Positions 26,555 through 36,305 of a stretch of 36,305 bases of DNA are shown here, piece after piece. Position 1 is the first letter of the stretch. Each line of letters opens with the position of its first letter. The stretch comes from Promethearchaeota archaeon (GTDB lineage: Archaea > Asgardarchaeota > Lokiarchaeia > Sigyniarchaeales > SOKP01): the NCBI GenBank assembly GCA_008080735.1, contig SHMW01000040.1:1-36305 (forward strand). Direction: 5' to 3'. The translations under genes and the position numbers were made by a program. The notes under the pieces were generated by a model, which saw only the letters and a program-made list of their open reading frames with translations, ran no database searches and was not told where the DNA came from.

Positions 26555-28112
26555 TTTTTTTTCCTCCTTCTTGTAATTCTTGTAAAGTGAGTAATGCAGT
26601 AATTTGCCCAGACAATAACGAATTTGTATAGCTAACACCTTGAAACGAAAAACCACCGCATATTTTTAAACCATCAATAAATCGTTCCTCAGCCATTCTC
26701 ATTAATCGGGGTAAAGTGGAATCCCAGGAATCAACCTCATAGCCATACGTCACACCTTTATAAGTTCCCGTATATCTTGAATATGTCTCAGGGGTTGCAA
26801 TTTCAATTTCTTCTATATATTCAGATAGATGCGTATTGGTTGCATTTTCGAATTTTTCTATTAGTTCTGCCGCAATTTTATCTTTAAGATTAAAATATTC
26901 CTCTTTATTTATTGCATCCCAAACTCCCGGCTTAAAAAATGAAGTAATACTAACTATACAGGTTCCTTCTGGAGAACAATCTGGGATCGCATTATTTAGA
27001 CAAATTGATGCTTGGATTGTAGGACATTCTAGTTTACCAAAAGAATCATATATTTGTTGAGTATCCATATTATCTGAAATAACATAACTATAATTTTTTA
27101 ATCCTAATTCTTCTGCTGATTTATTCAACCCAAGATACACAACAAAACAACTTATCGCATGTTTTCGGGCATTTATAAACTTATAACCAATTTCTGGTCT
27201 TTCTGATTCTGGAAAAATGAGCTTATTATAAACGAGAGTTGGAGAAGCGTTGGAAATAACAAAATCCGTTTTGATTCTGTCTCTTTTGGAAGTCTCCAAT
27301 CCCTTAACCTTTCCATCTTCAAGCAGAATTTTTTCAACTCTTGTATTAAATTCGATTTTACCACCAAGATCTCTTATCTTTTTCTCTAAAGCCATCGTGT
27401 ATCCCGAGGAGCGATGTATCGGGATAAATGCCCCTCGTAAGAGAAAAAAGTACACCATTGCCGCATAAATAGTGAAATTTATTCTACTTGTTGGGATTGC
27501 TAAATATACCCAATATCCTTTGATAATTTTTTGAGCTTTTGGTGGTACTTCTAATGCTTCTAAAATATCATCCAAACTGTATGCCGCCGTTCGTAAAAAA
27601 TTTCCATATTCACTCATCAATATTTTTTTATCTGGATTTCCTTTCGATTCTCGAATATAATTTAATGCTTCGTGAACTTCTTTGCATAATCTAACAAATT
27701 CTTCAACAGATTTTTCACTTTCTGGTACTTCTTCTACAATACAATTAATATACTCGTCAACTCCAAAAGGTATTGTGATGTCGAACCTATCATTTTGATC
27801 TGTGGAGATCAAATGATAGGCCTCTGGAATTTTCGCCATAGGGATGTCTATTCCAAGTTCTTCAAACAATTTCCTAATCCCTCCCTTATTTGATTCTGGA
27901 CCATAATCACATAATTCATGGAGCGATGCTTCAAACTCGAATCTTCCTCGGACAAAGCTGGTTGCAAAACCACCTGGAAGGTTATGTTGTTCAAAAAGAA
28001 TTATTTTTTGTCCCTCTAAAGCTAATTGAGTAGCCGCTACTAAACCACCATTACCTGCTCCGATTATAGCTACATCATATTCTTCTTTTATCGATTGATT
28101 TAATTTTTGCAT
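26547..28112 (-). CDS. phytoene desaturase/retinol saturase-like FAD-dependent oxidoreductase
   Basis: IIGAGNGGL (GxGxxG), EQHNLPGG, VISNASP, VYLGL, IEIATPETY.RYT....G..YG; ATG 28112 preferred. Confidence 0.88.
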   Translation of the reverse strand: MQKLNQSIKEEYDVAIIGAGNGGLVAATQLALEGQKIILFEQHNLPGGFATSFVRGRFEFEASLHELCDYGPESNKGGIRKLFEELGIDIPMAKIPEAYHLISTDQNDRFDITIPFGVDEYINCIVEEVPESEKSVEEFVRLCKEVHEALNYIRESKGNPDKKILMSEYGNFLRTAAYSLDDILEALEVPPKAQKIIKGYWVYLAIPTSRINFTIYAAMVYFFLLRGAFIPIHRSSGYTMALEKKIRDLGGKIEFNTRVEKILLEDGKVKGLETSKRDRIKTDFVISNASPTLVYNKLIFPESERPEIGYKFINARKHAISCFVVYLGLNKSAEELGLKNYSYVISDNMDTQQIYDSFGKLECPTIQASICLNNAIPDCSPEGTCIVSITSFFKPGVWDAINKEEYFNLKDKIAAELIEKFENATNTHLSEYIEEIEIATPETYSRYTGTYKGVTYGYEVDSWDSTLPRLMRMAEERFIDGLKICGGFSFQGVSYTNSLLSGQITALLTLQELQEGGKKNE

Positions 28113-28256
28113 TTTTTTATTTAGTAATTTGTTTTTATTTAGTTTTATAATTTTGAAATATCTTATTTTCAAATTTGAAATGTTAAATATGAAAAAAAAT
28201 GATTAAAAAAAAAAAGTTTCTATCTAATTTGAGTTTAAATATTCGATATTGACTTA

Positions 28257-29012
28257 TTATTCTCTCTCTATTAATAAATTAGCTATCCATCTGGGAAGCA
28301 ATAAACCGGCATAGAATTCAATTGAACTAGAAAGCAATATCAATCTAGCAACCATATAGATATATGGACTGGGTATGATGAAATCGATCATTGTTCCGAC
28401 TGCGAAAGATATGAACGCAATAAACAAGAATTTTCCTTTTAATTTAACTTCTGGATTATCTGATTTCATTGATAAACGAGAAAACCAGAGTCCAAAAATT
28501 AAAAAGAATATTAAGCTCAATATGAAGTATGGAATGCTTAAATATGACCAATCTATTACAAACGCTCCTTCTTCTCCTAATGGATCATGTTCGGCAATCC
28601 AGATTTCGATGTTCCCCAAAAATATCGCGAATAATAAAAAAATCTCATAAATAATGTTTGGGGAGTAGGTAATCACTCTAATAATTTGTTTTTTGTTCTC
28701 TTCAATGGGTAAAACGATTAAATAGGCCATTATTCCAACAATGACAGTAAATGGAAGAAATGCTACCCCTAAAATTACCCAAAAGGTCATTTGAATTACT
28801 GTTCCAGTCAATAGGAAATTAATAAAAATGACAATCTGGGGCCACCATGGTGTAGTCATACCTGCCCAAAATAGACCGAAATATAAATATTGCCGTTCTT
28901 TTTTTTTTCGATACTTACTGATGATTATTAATCCAATCGCCACAGAAATAATGACAAAAAGAATAGTCAGAATTCCGTTTATGTATTCGATAAGCTCAAC
29001 CATTTTTTTCAC
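28257..29012 (-). CDS. stand-alone 7-transmembrane protein
   Basis: Seven hydrophobic segments; KYRKKKER after TM1; SDNPEVKLKGK before TM6. Confidence 0.85.
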   Translation of the reverse strand: MKKMVELIEYINGILTILFVIISVAIGLIIISKYRKKKERQYLYFGLFWAGMTTPWWPQIVIFINFLLTGTVIQMTFWVILGVAFLPFTVIVGIMAYLIVLPIEENKKQIIRVITYSPNIIYEIFLLFAIFLGNIEIWIAEHDPLGEEGAFVIDWSYLSIPYFILSLIFFLIFGLWFSRLSMKSDNPEVKLKGKFLFIAFISFAVGTMIDFIIPSPYIYMVARLILLSSSIEFYAGLLLPRWIANLLIERE

Positions 29013-29256
29013 TTTAAGTTTTACTTATTTAATATTTCAACCTATTATTATTTAAAATCTTTAATTATTGAGATAATACTTAATGATTTGGGTCTATATA
29101 GATTATAGAATTGTGTATATATAGAAAATCAAGAATTATAAAAATTGAACAGAATTAAGCAAAGGGTTATTTTCAAATTTACTATGAAATGATGAATAGA
29201 ATATATATAAATGAAACAATTCCATCAAGAGAAATCAGATTCAAATAAGAAGAGAT

Positions 29257-31647
29257 TTAGTTCTCCTTCTTGTACATAAAGATTCCATGAATGACTTGTC
29301 CCGAGCTTATTCCCGCATCTCCCGGTGGTATCGACTCATGTTCTAAAAACTTTAAGCCTGCCTCAGAAATCTTTTGTTTGATTGCATTTGAAAAGGAGTA
29401 ATTGTAAGCGACTCCCCCGGAAAGACCAATTTTGGTAATTCCAAATTTATTTGCTTTATCAATAGCGACTCGAGCAAACACATTTCCGATTTCTTCTTGA
29501 AATTTTGCGGCGATATCCGCTTTATTATTTTTTTTCTCTTGAATTAATTTTAAAATTTCCCCGATTAATTCAGAAGTATTTATAACCGAAATTCCATGTT
29601 CATCCGAATATTTTATCTTTAAATTAACACTGTCGGGGTTTCCTCTAGCTGCTAATCCTTCTAGTCGCATTGCGGGTTCGCCTCGGTATGTTTTCAGCCT
29701 ACCCACACCCAATAAATATGAAACCGTATCAAATATTCTACCTGTGGAACTTGACAAGGGTATATTTTCTGCAGGAAATTTGTTATTAGAATTGGCGTAT
29801 TGATTTATAAGGGTGTTTAATTCTGTTTCCCCATATTCTAAGTCATTCGATAATTTTAATTTATCAAATAATAGCTTTGATTTATCTATCCCAAAAGTTT
29901 TTAAGATAATTGACGCTGCCATGCGCGCAGGATATTTTGTACACCTATCTCCTCCAATCATTGGTTGATATTCTAAATGCCCAAGTCTCTTGGAATCATA
30001 ATACGAGGCAAGTAAAATCTCCCCTCCCCAGATATTTCCATCACTTCCAAATCCAACACCATCAGTACTAATTCCTATTATTTTCTCTTCAGGTTTTATA
30101 CTATTTTCGGCCATTAATGCCAATATATGAGCATAATGATGTTGAACTGGATATGACGGAATTTGATAATCCTCAGATAATTCCCGCGCATATTGTGTAG
30201 AAATAAACGCAGGGTGAGCATCATAAGCAATAAATCTAATTTCTTCCTTCTTAATCTGTAATAAATCTTTCATATGAAATAGAGCTTTTTTTAGAAATTG
30301 AAAGGTCTCGAGATTGGTTGTGTTTCCGATATGTTGCGTGGGAAATATTCGATTTCTCCTTAGAACCGCCCCCGTAGAATTTAACTCGGGTCCCGTTGCC
30401 AAAGCACCCGGAATTTCTACTTGAAATGGAAGTGGAATATATTCTGGAACATAACCACGCGACCGTCTAATTAATTTCGTTTTATTAGCATGAACACGTA
30501 AAACACTATCATCAGCTCTCTGATAGATTGTCCGGTTATGTAATAGAAAGAAATCTGCGATACCTTGTAATTGATTTATGATCTTATCATTTTCAATCCC
30601 CATAGGGATATTTGATTTGTTGCCGCTTGTGTATATTAAAGGTTTATCCCCAATATAATTAAAAATGAGATAATGAATCCCGGTATAAGGAAGCATAAAT
30701 CCAATATTATTTAATCCGGGAGCGACTAAATCGCTTATATTGGATTGATCAAAAGTTCTTTTTTTTTCTAATAATACGATCGGTCTTCTAAATGATGTTA
30801 TTATTTCTCTCTCAGTATCAGAAATTTTGAAATATTGTTCTATTGTATTAAGATTCGGAATCATTAGTGCAAATGGTTTATACTTCCGTTTTCTCTTTCT
30901 TTTACGTAATTTCTGAATAATTTGTTCGTCATCCGCCGCACATACAAGATGGACTCCTCCAATACCTTTAACAGCTGCAATATCCCCCCCATTGATTCTT
31001 TTAGCTGTGTCTCTCAGAATCGCATTTATAGATGTTTTCTCTCTTTTCTCTGCTCTGTCATAGTCATATAGTCGATAATTTGGTCCACATACAGAACATG
31101 CATAGGTTTGAGCATGAAATCTTCGGTTATCAAAATCTTGGTACTCTGCGAGGCACTCATCACAAAAAGGGAATTGTTGCATTGTGCTTCGTTTTCTGTC
31201 ATATGGTAAAGACTTCACAGTTGTAAATCTAGGACCGCATACGGCACATGCGATAAATGGATACTGATAATATCTATCTAATTTAGGTTCTCTCATCTCC
31301 TTTAAACAGTCTTCGCAAACAGCAACATCTGGAGGTAATGTTAAGCTTATTCCCCGACCTTTTTCGCTCTTTCGAATTTCAAGGTTAGTATATTTCACTG
31401 AATTAGTTAGCTTGTTCACACCTATATTTTCGATGTAGGAGATACTTGGCTTGCTTTTCTCAACATTCTTAACAAATTGTGAAATTTGTGTTGGTTTTCC
31501 TTGTAAAACTAATCTAACTCCCGCATTCCCCCTATTCAAAACATACCCATTGAGATTATGGTTTCGTGCTAAATTGAATAGAAAAGGTCGAAACCCAACT
31601 CCTTGGACGATACCCGTTATATTTATCTCTACGGTTTCTATACTCAT
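29257..31647 (-). CDS. hypF: [NiFe]-hydrogenase maturation carbamoyltransferase
   Basis: GIVQGVGFRPF, CxxC Zn fingers, RRFHAQ, KGIGG, RRSRGY, QHHYAH, DGVG.G.DG.IWGGE, GDAGIS.GQ. Confidence 0.97.
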   Translation of the reverse strand: MSIETVEINITGIVQGVGFRPFLFNLARNHNLNGYVLNRGNAGVRLVLQGKPTQISQFVKNVEKSKPSISYIENIGVNKLTNSVKYTNLEIRKSEKGRGISLTLPPDVAVCEDCLKEMREPKLDRYYQYPFIACAVCGPRFTTVKSLPYDRKRSTMQQFPFCDECLAEYQDFDNRRFHAQTYACSVCGPNYRLYDYDRAEKREKTSINAILRDTAKRINGGDIAAVKGIGGVHLVCAADDEQIIQKLRKRKRKRKYKPFALMIPNLNTIEQYFKISDTEREIITSFRRPIVLLEKKRTFDQSNISDLVAPGLNNIGFMLPYTGIHYLIFNYIGDKPLIYTSGNKSNIPMGIENDKIINQLQGIADFFLLHNRTIYQRADDSVLRVHANKTKLIRRSRGYVPEYIPLPFQVEIPGALATGPELNSTGAVLRRNRIFPTQHIGNTTNLETFQFLKKALFHMKDLLQIKKEEIRFIAYDAHPAFISTQYARELSEDYQIPSYPVQHHYAHILALMAENSIKPEEKIIGISTDGVGFGSDGNIWGGEILLASYYDSKRLGHLEYQPMIGGDRCTKYPARMAASIILKTFGIDKSKLLFDKLKLSNDLEYGETELNTLINQYANSNNKFPAENIPLSSSTGRIFDTVSYLLGVGRLKTYRGEPAMRLEGLAARGNPDSVNLKIKYSDEHGISVINTSELIGEILKLIQEKKNNKADIAAKFQEEIGNVFARVAIDKANKFGITKIGLSGGVAYNYSFSNAIKQKISEAGLKFLEHESIPPGDAGISSGQVIHGIFMYKKEN

Positions 31648-31816
31648 TCAATTAGAATAACACCTATTTTCTAATAAATTAGATTATTTTAGCTAAAAAG
31701 GATCTCATAATAGGAACTTTTCATGTAAAAATGAAAAATATGATTTACAAAAGGATTTTTATAATTATCTCCTAAAAATGTAAGAAATGATTAAAAAAAA
31801 CAAACATAAATTAAGT

Positions 31817-31936
31817 TTATTCATCGGATCGACTATTTAAGAGTTCTAAAAATTCCATTACTTTTTCGGGGGTAAAACGTATAATGGGAGTTGTCTTTTT
31901 TGTTATATCTTCTTCTTTTATAGGTTTTGATTCCAT
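31817..31936 (-). CDS. putative 39-aa small protein
   Basis: MESKPIKEEDITKKTTPIIRFTPEKVMEFLELLNSRSDE*; uninterrupted ORF in a very AT-rich gap, GTTGA upstream; below the ORF-track cutoff. Confidence 0.5.
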   Translation of the reverse strand: MESKPIKEEDITKKTTPIIRFTPEKVMEFLELLNSRSDE

Positions 31937-32205
31937 ATTAATCAACTTTACGGGGTTTTGATTCTAAAAATTTATTAAATTTATGTTAACTTCAAATAAC
32001 TATATACAATAATCAAATAAATAGACCGCGTCCATAGATAAAGTAGACTATAGGAAGATAATAAGAGAATATAATTATATGTATTCTATATATAATTTTT
32101 GACATTTTTCATTTCTAATTTACATAATTATATCAGAAAAAATCGTTCCAGACCGATTTTGGCTTATATATATCTAAACCGAAAATTCTTTTTGCTACAT
32201 TCCTT

Positions 32206-33270
32206 TTGTTAAGTATGAGTATGAATGAAAGTCCTAAATCTGAAGTAATTCGTTTAGCCCATGGTGCGGGAGGTATCCTTCAAGAGGAGTTAATACGCTT
32301 CATTACGAAGGATATAGAGTTCAAAAGAGTACTTACTGGAATAGGAATAGAAGAATTAGACGATGGAGCTACAATCCCTCTTGAGAATTATCATAAAGAA
32401 ATTGTCGTGACGGCAGACGGACATACAGTTTTTCCCTTATTTTTTCCCGGAGGCGACCTTGGTAAATTAAGCATTTGCGGCACGGTAAATGATTTGTTAA
32501 TGATGGGTGCTGATCCAGTTGCGTTAACATCCTCGGTAATAATTGAGGAGGGATTTGAATTTGAAAAGCTTGAGAAAATTATAAGATCTTTTAATGAGAC
32601 GGCAAAAAAGGCAAACATAGCAATAATTGCGGGGGACACAAAGGTAATGCCGAAGAATAGTCTAAACGATATTATTATTTCTACATCCGGTATTGGACTT
32701 AAGGATAATCATGTTAAAATAATCGACAGTGGTCTTAAAGGAAATGATAAAATAATAATTACCGGAAGTATTGGTGATCACGGTACCGCACTCATGGCGA
32801 AACGAGAGGGTCTAAATATTTCTACAGACTTGAAATCAGATGTAAGCTTGCTTAGTGATACTATTGGAATTTTAAAAAATCATATCAAGAAAAACCATAT
32901 TCACGCTATGAAAGATCCGACACGTGGAGGGATTTCAGGTGCGCTGAATCACTGGGCAACTAAATCAGATGTAAGTATTTGGATTGAAGAGGAAAGTGTT
33001 CCGATTAAAAAACAAGTGAGGGCTATATGCGATATGTTAGGATTGGATCCCTACAACATTGCGAGTGAGGGAAGGGCTCTTTTAGCAGTAGATCCAAACT
33101 TTGCAGATGAAATCCTTAATCTTATACGTTCAGTTGAGAATGGAAGGGACGCGCAAATTATTGGACAAGTCAAAAAAGAAAACCCGAAACGCGTTTTGTT
33201 GGAAACTATTGTAGGCGGTACTCGTTTTATAGATATGCCACTAGGGGAGCCAATTCCACGGATTTGCTGA
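32206..33270 (+). CDS. hypE: hydrogenase expression/formation protein
   Basis: LAHGAGG, PLFFPGGDLG.L...GTVND, GDTKV, MKDPTRGG, C-terminal PRIC; start may be ATG 32215 or 32221. Confidence 0.97.
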   Translation: MLSMSMNESPKSEVIRLAHGAGGILQEELIRFITKDIEFKRVLTGIGIEELDDGATIPLENYHKEIVVTADGHTVFPLFFPGGDLGKLSICGTVNDLLMMGADPVALTSSVIIEEGFEFEKLEKIIRSFNETAKKANIAIIAGDTKVMPKNSLNDIIISTSGIGLKDNHVKIIDSGLKGNDKIIITGSIGDHGTALMAKREGLNISTDLKSDVSLLSDTIGILKNHIKKNHIHAMKDPTRGGISGALNHWATKSDVSIWIEEESVPIKKQVRAICDMLGLDPYNIASEGRALLAVDPNFADEILNLIRSVENGRDAQIIGQVKKENPKRVLLETIVGGTRFIDMPLGEPIPRIC

Positions 33271-33421
33271 ATCTTGCTATTTTAGTCTTTCTTATATACC
33301 CCCCCAATTTTCAATATATGGAATTATCATATATATGTTATGCGTTATACAAATTTTATTTAAATTTCTGCGATAATTTTACTAAATAATCTATTAAATA
33401 GGAAATATTACAGTATTAAAA

Positions 33422-34516
33422 ATGGAGATTCCTAGTTTAAAAGCACTGAGAAGTAAAGATTTTACAAAAAAGATTGTAGATTCCATTCGTGCTCATATGG
33501 CCACAATAGATAAACCTATAAAGTTTATGCATGTATGTGGTACTCATGAGCACACCATATCTAAGTATGGTTTGAGATCCCTTCTTCCTGAAACTTTGGA
33601 AATTGTTTCTGGACCTGGATGTCCTGTTTGCGTATGCCCCGCAGCAGACATCGATAAGGCTATTCAATTAGGACGAAGGGATGACACTATTATCACTACA
33701 TTTGGAGATATGATACGAGTTCCAGCAACCAATATCTCCTTAGCAGAGTTAAAAGCGGAGGGCGCGGATATCCGAATTGTATATGGGCCTAATGACGCAG
33801 TTAAAATTGCAAAGGACAATCCAGATAAGCAAATAATATTTTTTGCCATCGGGTTCGAGACTACGGTTCCCTTAATTGGTTATGAACTTAAAAATGATCC
33901 TCCATCGAACTTTTCCGTCATTTGCGCTCATAAATTAATACCTGCTGCGTTAGAACTCTTAATTAGTATTGATCGGTTAAATATAGATGGTTTTATCTCG
34001 CCAGGTCATGTTGCAACTATTATTGGTCTCCAACCATTTAAAATCTTTTCAAATTCCTACAAAGTACCAAATGTTATTGCGGGTTTCGAGCCGAATGATG
34101 TTTTATTAGGGATTCTTATGCTTTTAAACCAAATCAAATGTAAAAAATATGAAACCCTAAATCAGTATAAACGTGTTGTGAAACCAGAAGGAAACAAAAT
34201 TGCACAAGAAATAATATCTGACACATTTAAATCAGTTTCCTCTCCATGGCGTGGCATTGGACGAATAATGGACGGAGGCCTCGAAATTAGGAGTGCATAT
34301 TCAGAATATGACGCAGATAAAAAGTTCGATATCACAATTGATAACGCTCAAGATATACCGCCTGGATGCTCATGTCATCTTGTGATGACAGGAAAGATCT
34401 ATCCCCATGAATGTAAACTCTTTAGAGATGTCTGTACTCCATTAAATCCAATTGGTCCTTGTATGGTATCTCAAGAAGGGACTTGCTCAATCTATTATAA
34501 GTATTATAGTGAATGA
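33422..34516 (+). CDS. hypD: hydrogenase formation protein
   Basis: MHVCGTH, GPGCPVC, GFETT, PGHV, GFEP, PIGPCMVS.EG.C. Confidence 0.97.
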   Translation: MEIPSLKALRSKDFTKKIVDSIRAHMATIDKPIKFMHVCGTHEHTISKYGLRSLLPETLEIVSGPGCPVCVCPAADIDKAIQLGRRDDTIITTFGDMIRVPATNISLAELKAEGADIRIVYGPNDAVKIAKDNPDKQIIFFAIGFETTVPLIGYELKNDPPSNFSVICAHKLIPAALELLISIDRLNIDGFISPGHVATIIGLQPFKIFSNSYKVPNVIAGFEPNDVLLGILMLLNQIKCKKYETLNQYKRVVKPEGNKIAQEIISDTFKSVSSPWRGIGRIMDGGLEIRSAYSEYDADKKFDITIDNAQDIPPGCSCHLVMTGKIYPHECKLFRDVCTPLNPIGPCMVSQEGTCSIYYKYYSE

Positions 34517-34895
34517 GGGTAGGAAAAATCCTCTTAGAATAGGAAATATCCATTATTTATATAAAATGATTAATTTATATTTCATAAAGTAGTGTGCTTG
34601 AAATCATAACAATCATTATAAATTAAAGAGATCTAAGCACTCTAGATTATCTCTTTGTTCTAATACCTCAAAAAGGGGTATTGATGATCTTTTGAATATT
34701 TATTCACTGTTTAAATTAATTTAAGTAATTTTTTTTGAATAATTATTCTCTTCCATAATGCTAACGTTACTTTTCGTTAATATAGGAGTAATTTTTTAAT
34801 AAAGTCCTTAATAATTTATAAACATCCTACTTGCAATAAACTAGGAAATAAAAAACTAATTATAAAAACAAAAAACAAACAATAAATGATGAAAA

Positions 34896-36230
34896 ATGGC
34901 AGTAAAAGTAGCTTTTATGCAACTTTCTGATTGTTGGGGATGTCACCAGTCCTTATTAAATGCTCATTTAGGATTGTTAGACGTTCTTCCTGCATTAGAA
35001 TTTGTATACTGGCCAGCAGTCGTTGATTTCAAACATGATTCACTTAAAGCACGCCAAGACGGAGAAGTCTTAGTTGGATTCATCGAAGGTTCTATTCGCA
35101 CAAATGAGGATTACGAAAATGTAAAACTCATGAGACAAAAGTGCCAATTAATTATTAGTTTCGGAAGTTGCTCTTGCTATGGCAACGTTCATGGCTTAGG
35201 CAATGAATGGAAAAAACCAGAGTTAGTGCAAAGAAAATTCCATGATGCGGAAAGTATCACTGATGATGATCCAAAAGAGCCTACAGAACACGTTCCTGGA
35301 TTTAGAGATTATCTAGTAGTAGTAGATGATGTAATAGATGTGGATGCATATATTTCAGGATGTCCACCTAAACCAGAACAAATTGTCAGTGCCGTTCAAT
35401 TCTTACTTGGACAAAAAGATTTTCCAAACGAAGAATATTCCTTCTGTACTCAATGTCCATTAAATGAGGAGGGATGTATATTAGATGCGGGAACTCTCTG
35501 TTTTGGTCCAATTACAAGTGTTGGATGCTCGTTAAAATGCCCTGGCAATGAGGGAGATCCATGTGTTGGTTGCTTTGGTCCATCAAAAACTGCACATGTT
35601 CGAGCAGATAAATTAATCGACAAAACCAAAGACCTTTCAAATATCAGTTCAGGAGAGAGAAAAGCAATGTATGAATTCTTGTCATTATATTTGAATGTAC
35701 CACTCATGGCAGGATTCGATCTTTCCGCAGATATTTTGAAGCAAATTAAGAATAAAGGAGAAGCTGAAACTCCATTAACTCAATTAAACGACAAGGCAAA
35801 AGAGGTTGCGACGAATGTGCTCGCATATCTTAAGGATAATCCAGACTTTCATGAAATCTCTAACGTATGTGATACATGTCCAAGAATCATTGGAAGTAAT
35901 TCAACGATGACTGAAGTTAAGAGAGATTATGAAGGCCTTCCAAACCAAGAAGATTGCTTTATTGAACAAGGATATATTTGTATGGGACCCGTCACAAGGG
36001 CAGGATGCGGGGGATTATGTATTAAGGTAAACGCTCCTTGCACTGGCTGCTATGGTCAGACTGAATGGGTTGATGACCAAGCATCTCGATTTGCTGATGC
36101 TGCAATAAAAGGTTTTAATGTGAATCTCTCTAAAGAGGAATTACTTGCTCAAGTGAAAGATCATATAGGTACTTTTGAGAAATTCACCTTAGCTAAGAAT
36201 AAAAAATTCACTGAAGAGGTGCACAAATAA
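34896..36230 (+). CDS. mvhG: group 3 (F420-non-reducing-like) [NiFe]-hydrogenase small subunit with duplicated Fe-S module
   Basis: CWGC, EGS, GSC..YG, GCPP, then two 8-Cys modules CxxC...C...CxGPxTxxGC...C...CxGC. Confidence 0.85.
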   Translation: MAVKVAFMQLSDCWGCHQSLLNAHLGLLDVLPALEFVYWPAVVDFKHDSLKARQDGEVLVGFIEGSIRTNEDYENVKLMRQKCQLIISFGSCSCYGNVHGLGNEWKKPELVQRKFHDAESITDDDPKEPTEHVPGFRDYLVVVDDVIDVDAYISGCPPKPEQIVSAVQFLLGQKDFPNEEYSFCTQCPLNEEGCILDAGTLCFGPITSVGCSLKCPGNEGDPCVGCFGPSKTAHVRADKLIDKTKDLSNISSGERKAMYEFLSLYLNVPLMAGFDLSADILKQIKNKGEAETPLTQLNDKAKEVATNVLAYLKDNPDFHEISNVCDTCPRIIGSNSTMTEVKRDYEGLPNQEDCFIEQGYICMGPVTRAGCGGLCIKVNAPCTGCYGQTEWVDDQASRFADAAIKGFNVNLSKEELLAQVKDHIGTFEKFTLAKNKKFTEEVHK

Positions 36231-36231
36231 A

Positions 36232-36305
36232 ATGGTAAAAGAAATAGAAGTTGAGCCGGTCACCCGATTAGAGGGTCATGGCGGGCTGCATCTTACAATA
36301 GACGA
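36232..36305 (+). CDS. mvhA: [NiFe]-hydrogenase large subunit, N-terminus (truncated by window edge)
   Basis: MVKEIEVEPVTRLEGHG motif; GAGGTG at 36216-36221; starts 1 bp after the small-subunit stop. Confidence 0.85.
   Translation, partial: MVKEIEVEPVTRLEGHGGLHLTID

Noticed and set aside
26547-29012. Rhodopsin plus carotenoid/retinal synthesis module (7TM next to a CrtI-like gene)
   Set aside because: Helix 7 of both 7TM proteins lacks the retinal-binding Lys motif, and no crtB, crtY or blh is present
34517-34895. Selenocysteine-containing mvhD/vhuD or a SECIS element upstream of the hydrogenase
   Set aside because: No MvhD-like coding signal in this short AT-rich gap, the hairpin lacks a 5' ATGA core, and the TGA-ending genes in the window stop at plausible natural C-termini
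358-35707. Short alternative-frame or antisense ORFs in the track (e.g. 358-648, 3890-4072, 5837-6121, 6679-6912, 8375-8626, 12804-13124, 21012-21308, 28375-28650, 32391-32639, 35450-35707)
   Set aside because: They overlap well-supported genes and have no recognisable motifs; shadow ORFs

Overview
AT-rich, gene-dense archaeal window. It is most consistent with an Asgard archaeon of the Lokiarchaeia/Promethearchaeota type (inferred from longin-domain proteins, stand-alone 7TM proteins, an LRR protein with a Cys-rich domain, multi-PAS kinases, fwdA, a group 3 [NiFe]-hydrogenase and GGTGA/GAGGT ribosome-binding motifs). In order it holds: two soluble PAS histidine kinases around a stand-alone 7TM protein; a YbhB/YbcL (PEBP) gene; a class V PLP enzyme; a Zn-motif/LRR protein; a sulfatase; a decayed minimal-nucleotidyltransferase gene; an orphan fwdA; hpt; an amidohydrolase; two mobA paralogs; purF; hisH with two tandem hisF; two tandem paralogs with an apparent HeH/SAP-like + restriction-endonuclease-like + longin architecture (best candidate for an undescribed system); a CrtI-like flavoprotein coupled to an FNR/2Fe-2S reductase; a second 7TM protein; hypF, hypE, hypD; an MvhG-like small subunit with a duplicated Fe-S module; and the start of the large subunit. 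Three apparent frameshifts are probably assembly artefacts: two perfect 46-47 bp tandem duplications and an embedded Illumina adapter. No rRNA, tRNA, CRISPR array or transposase was recognised. All family calls come from motifs read by eye, not from database searches.
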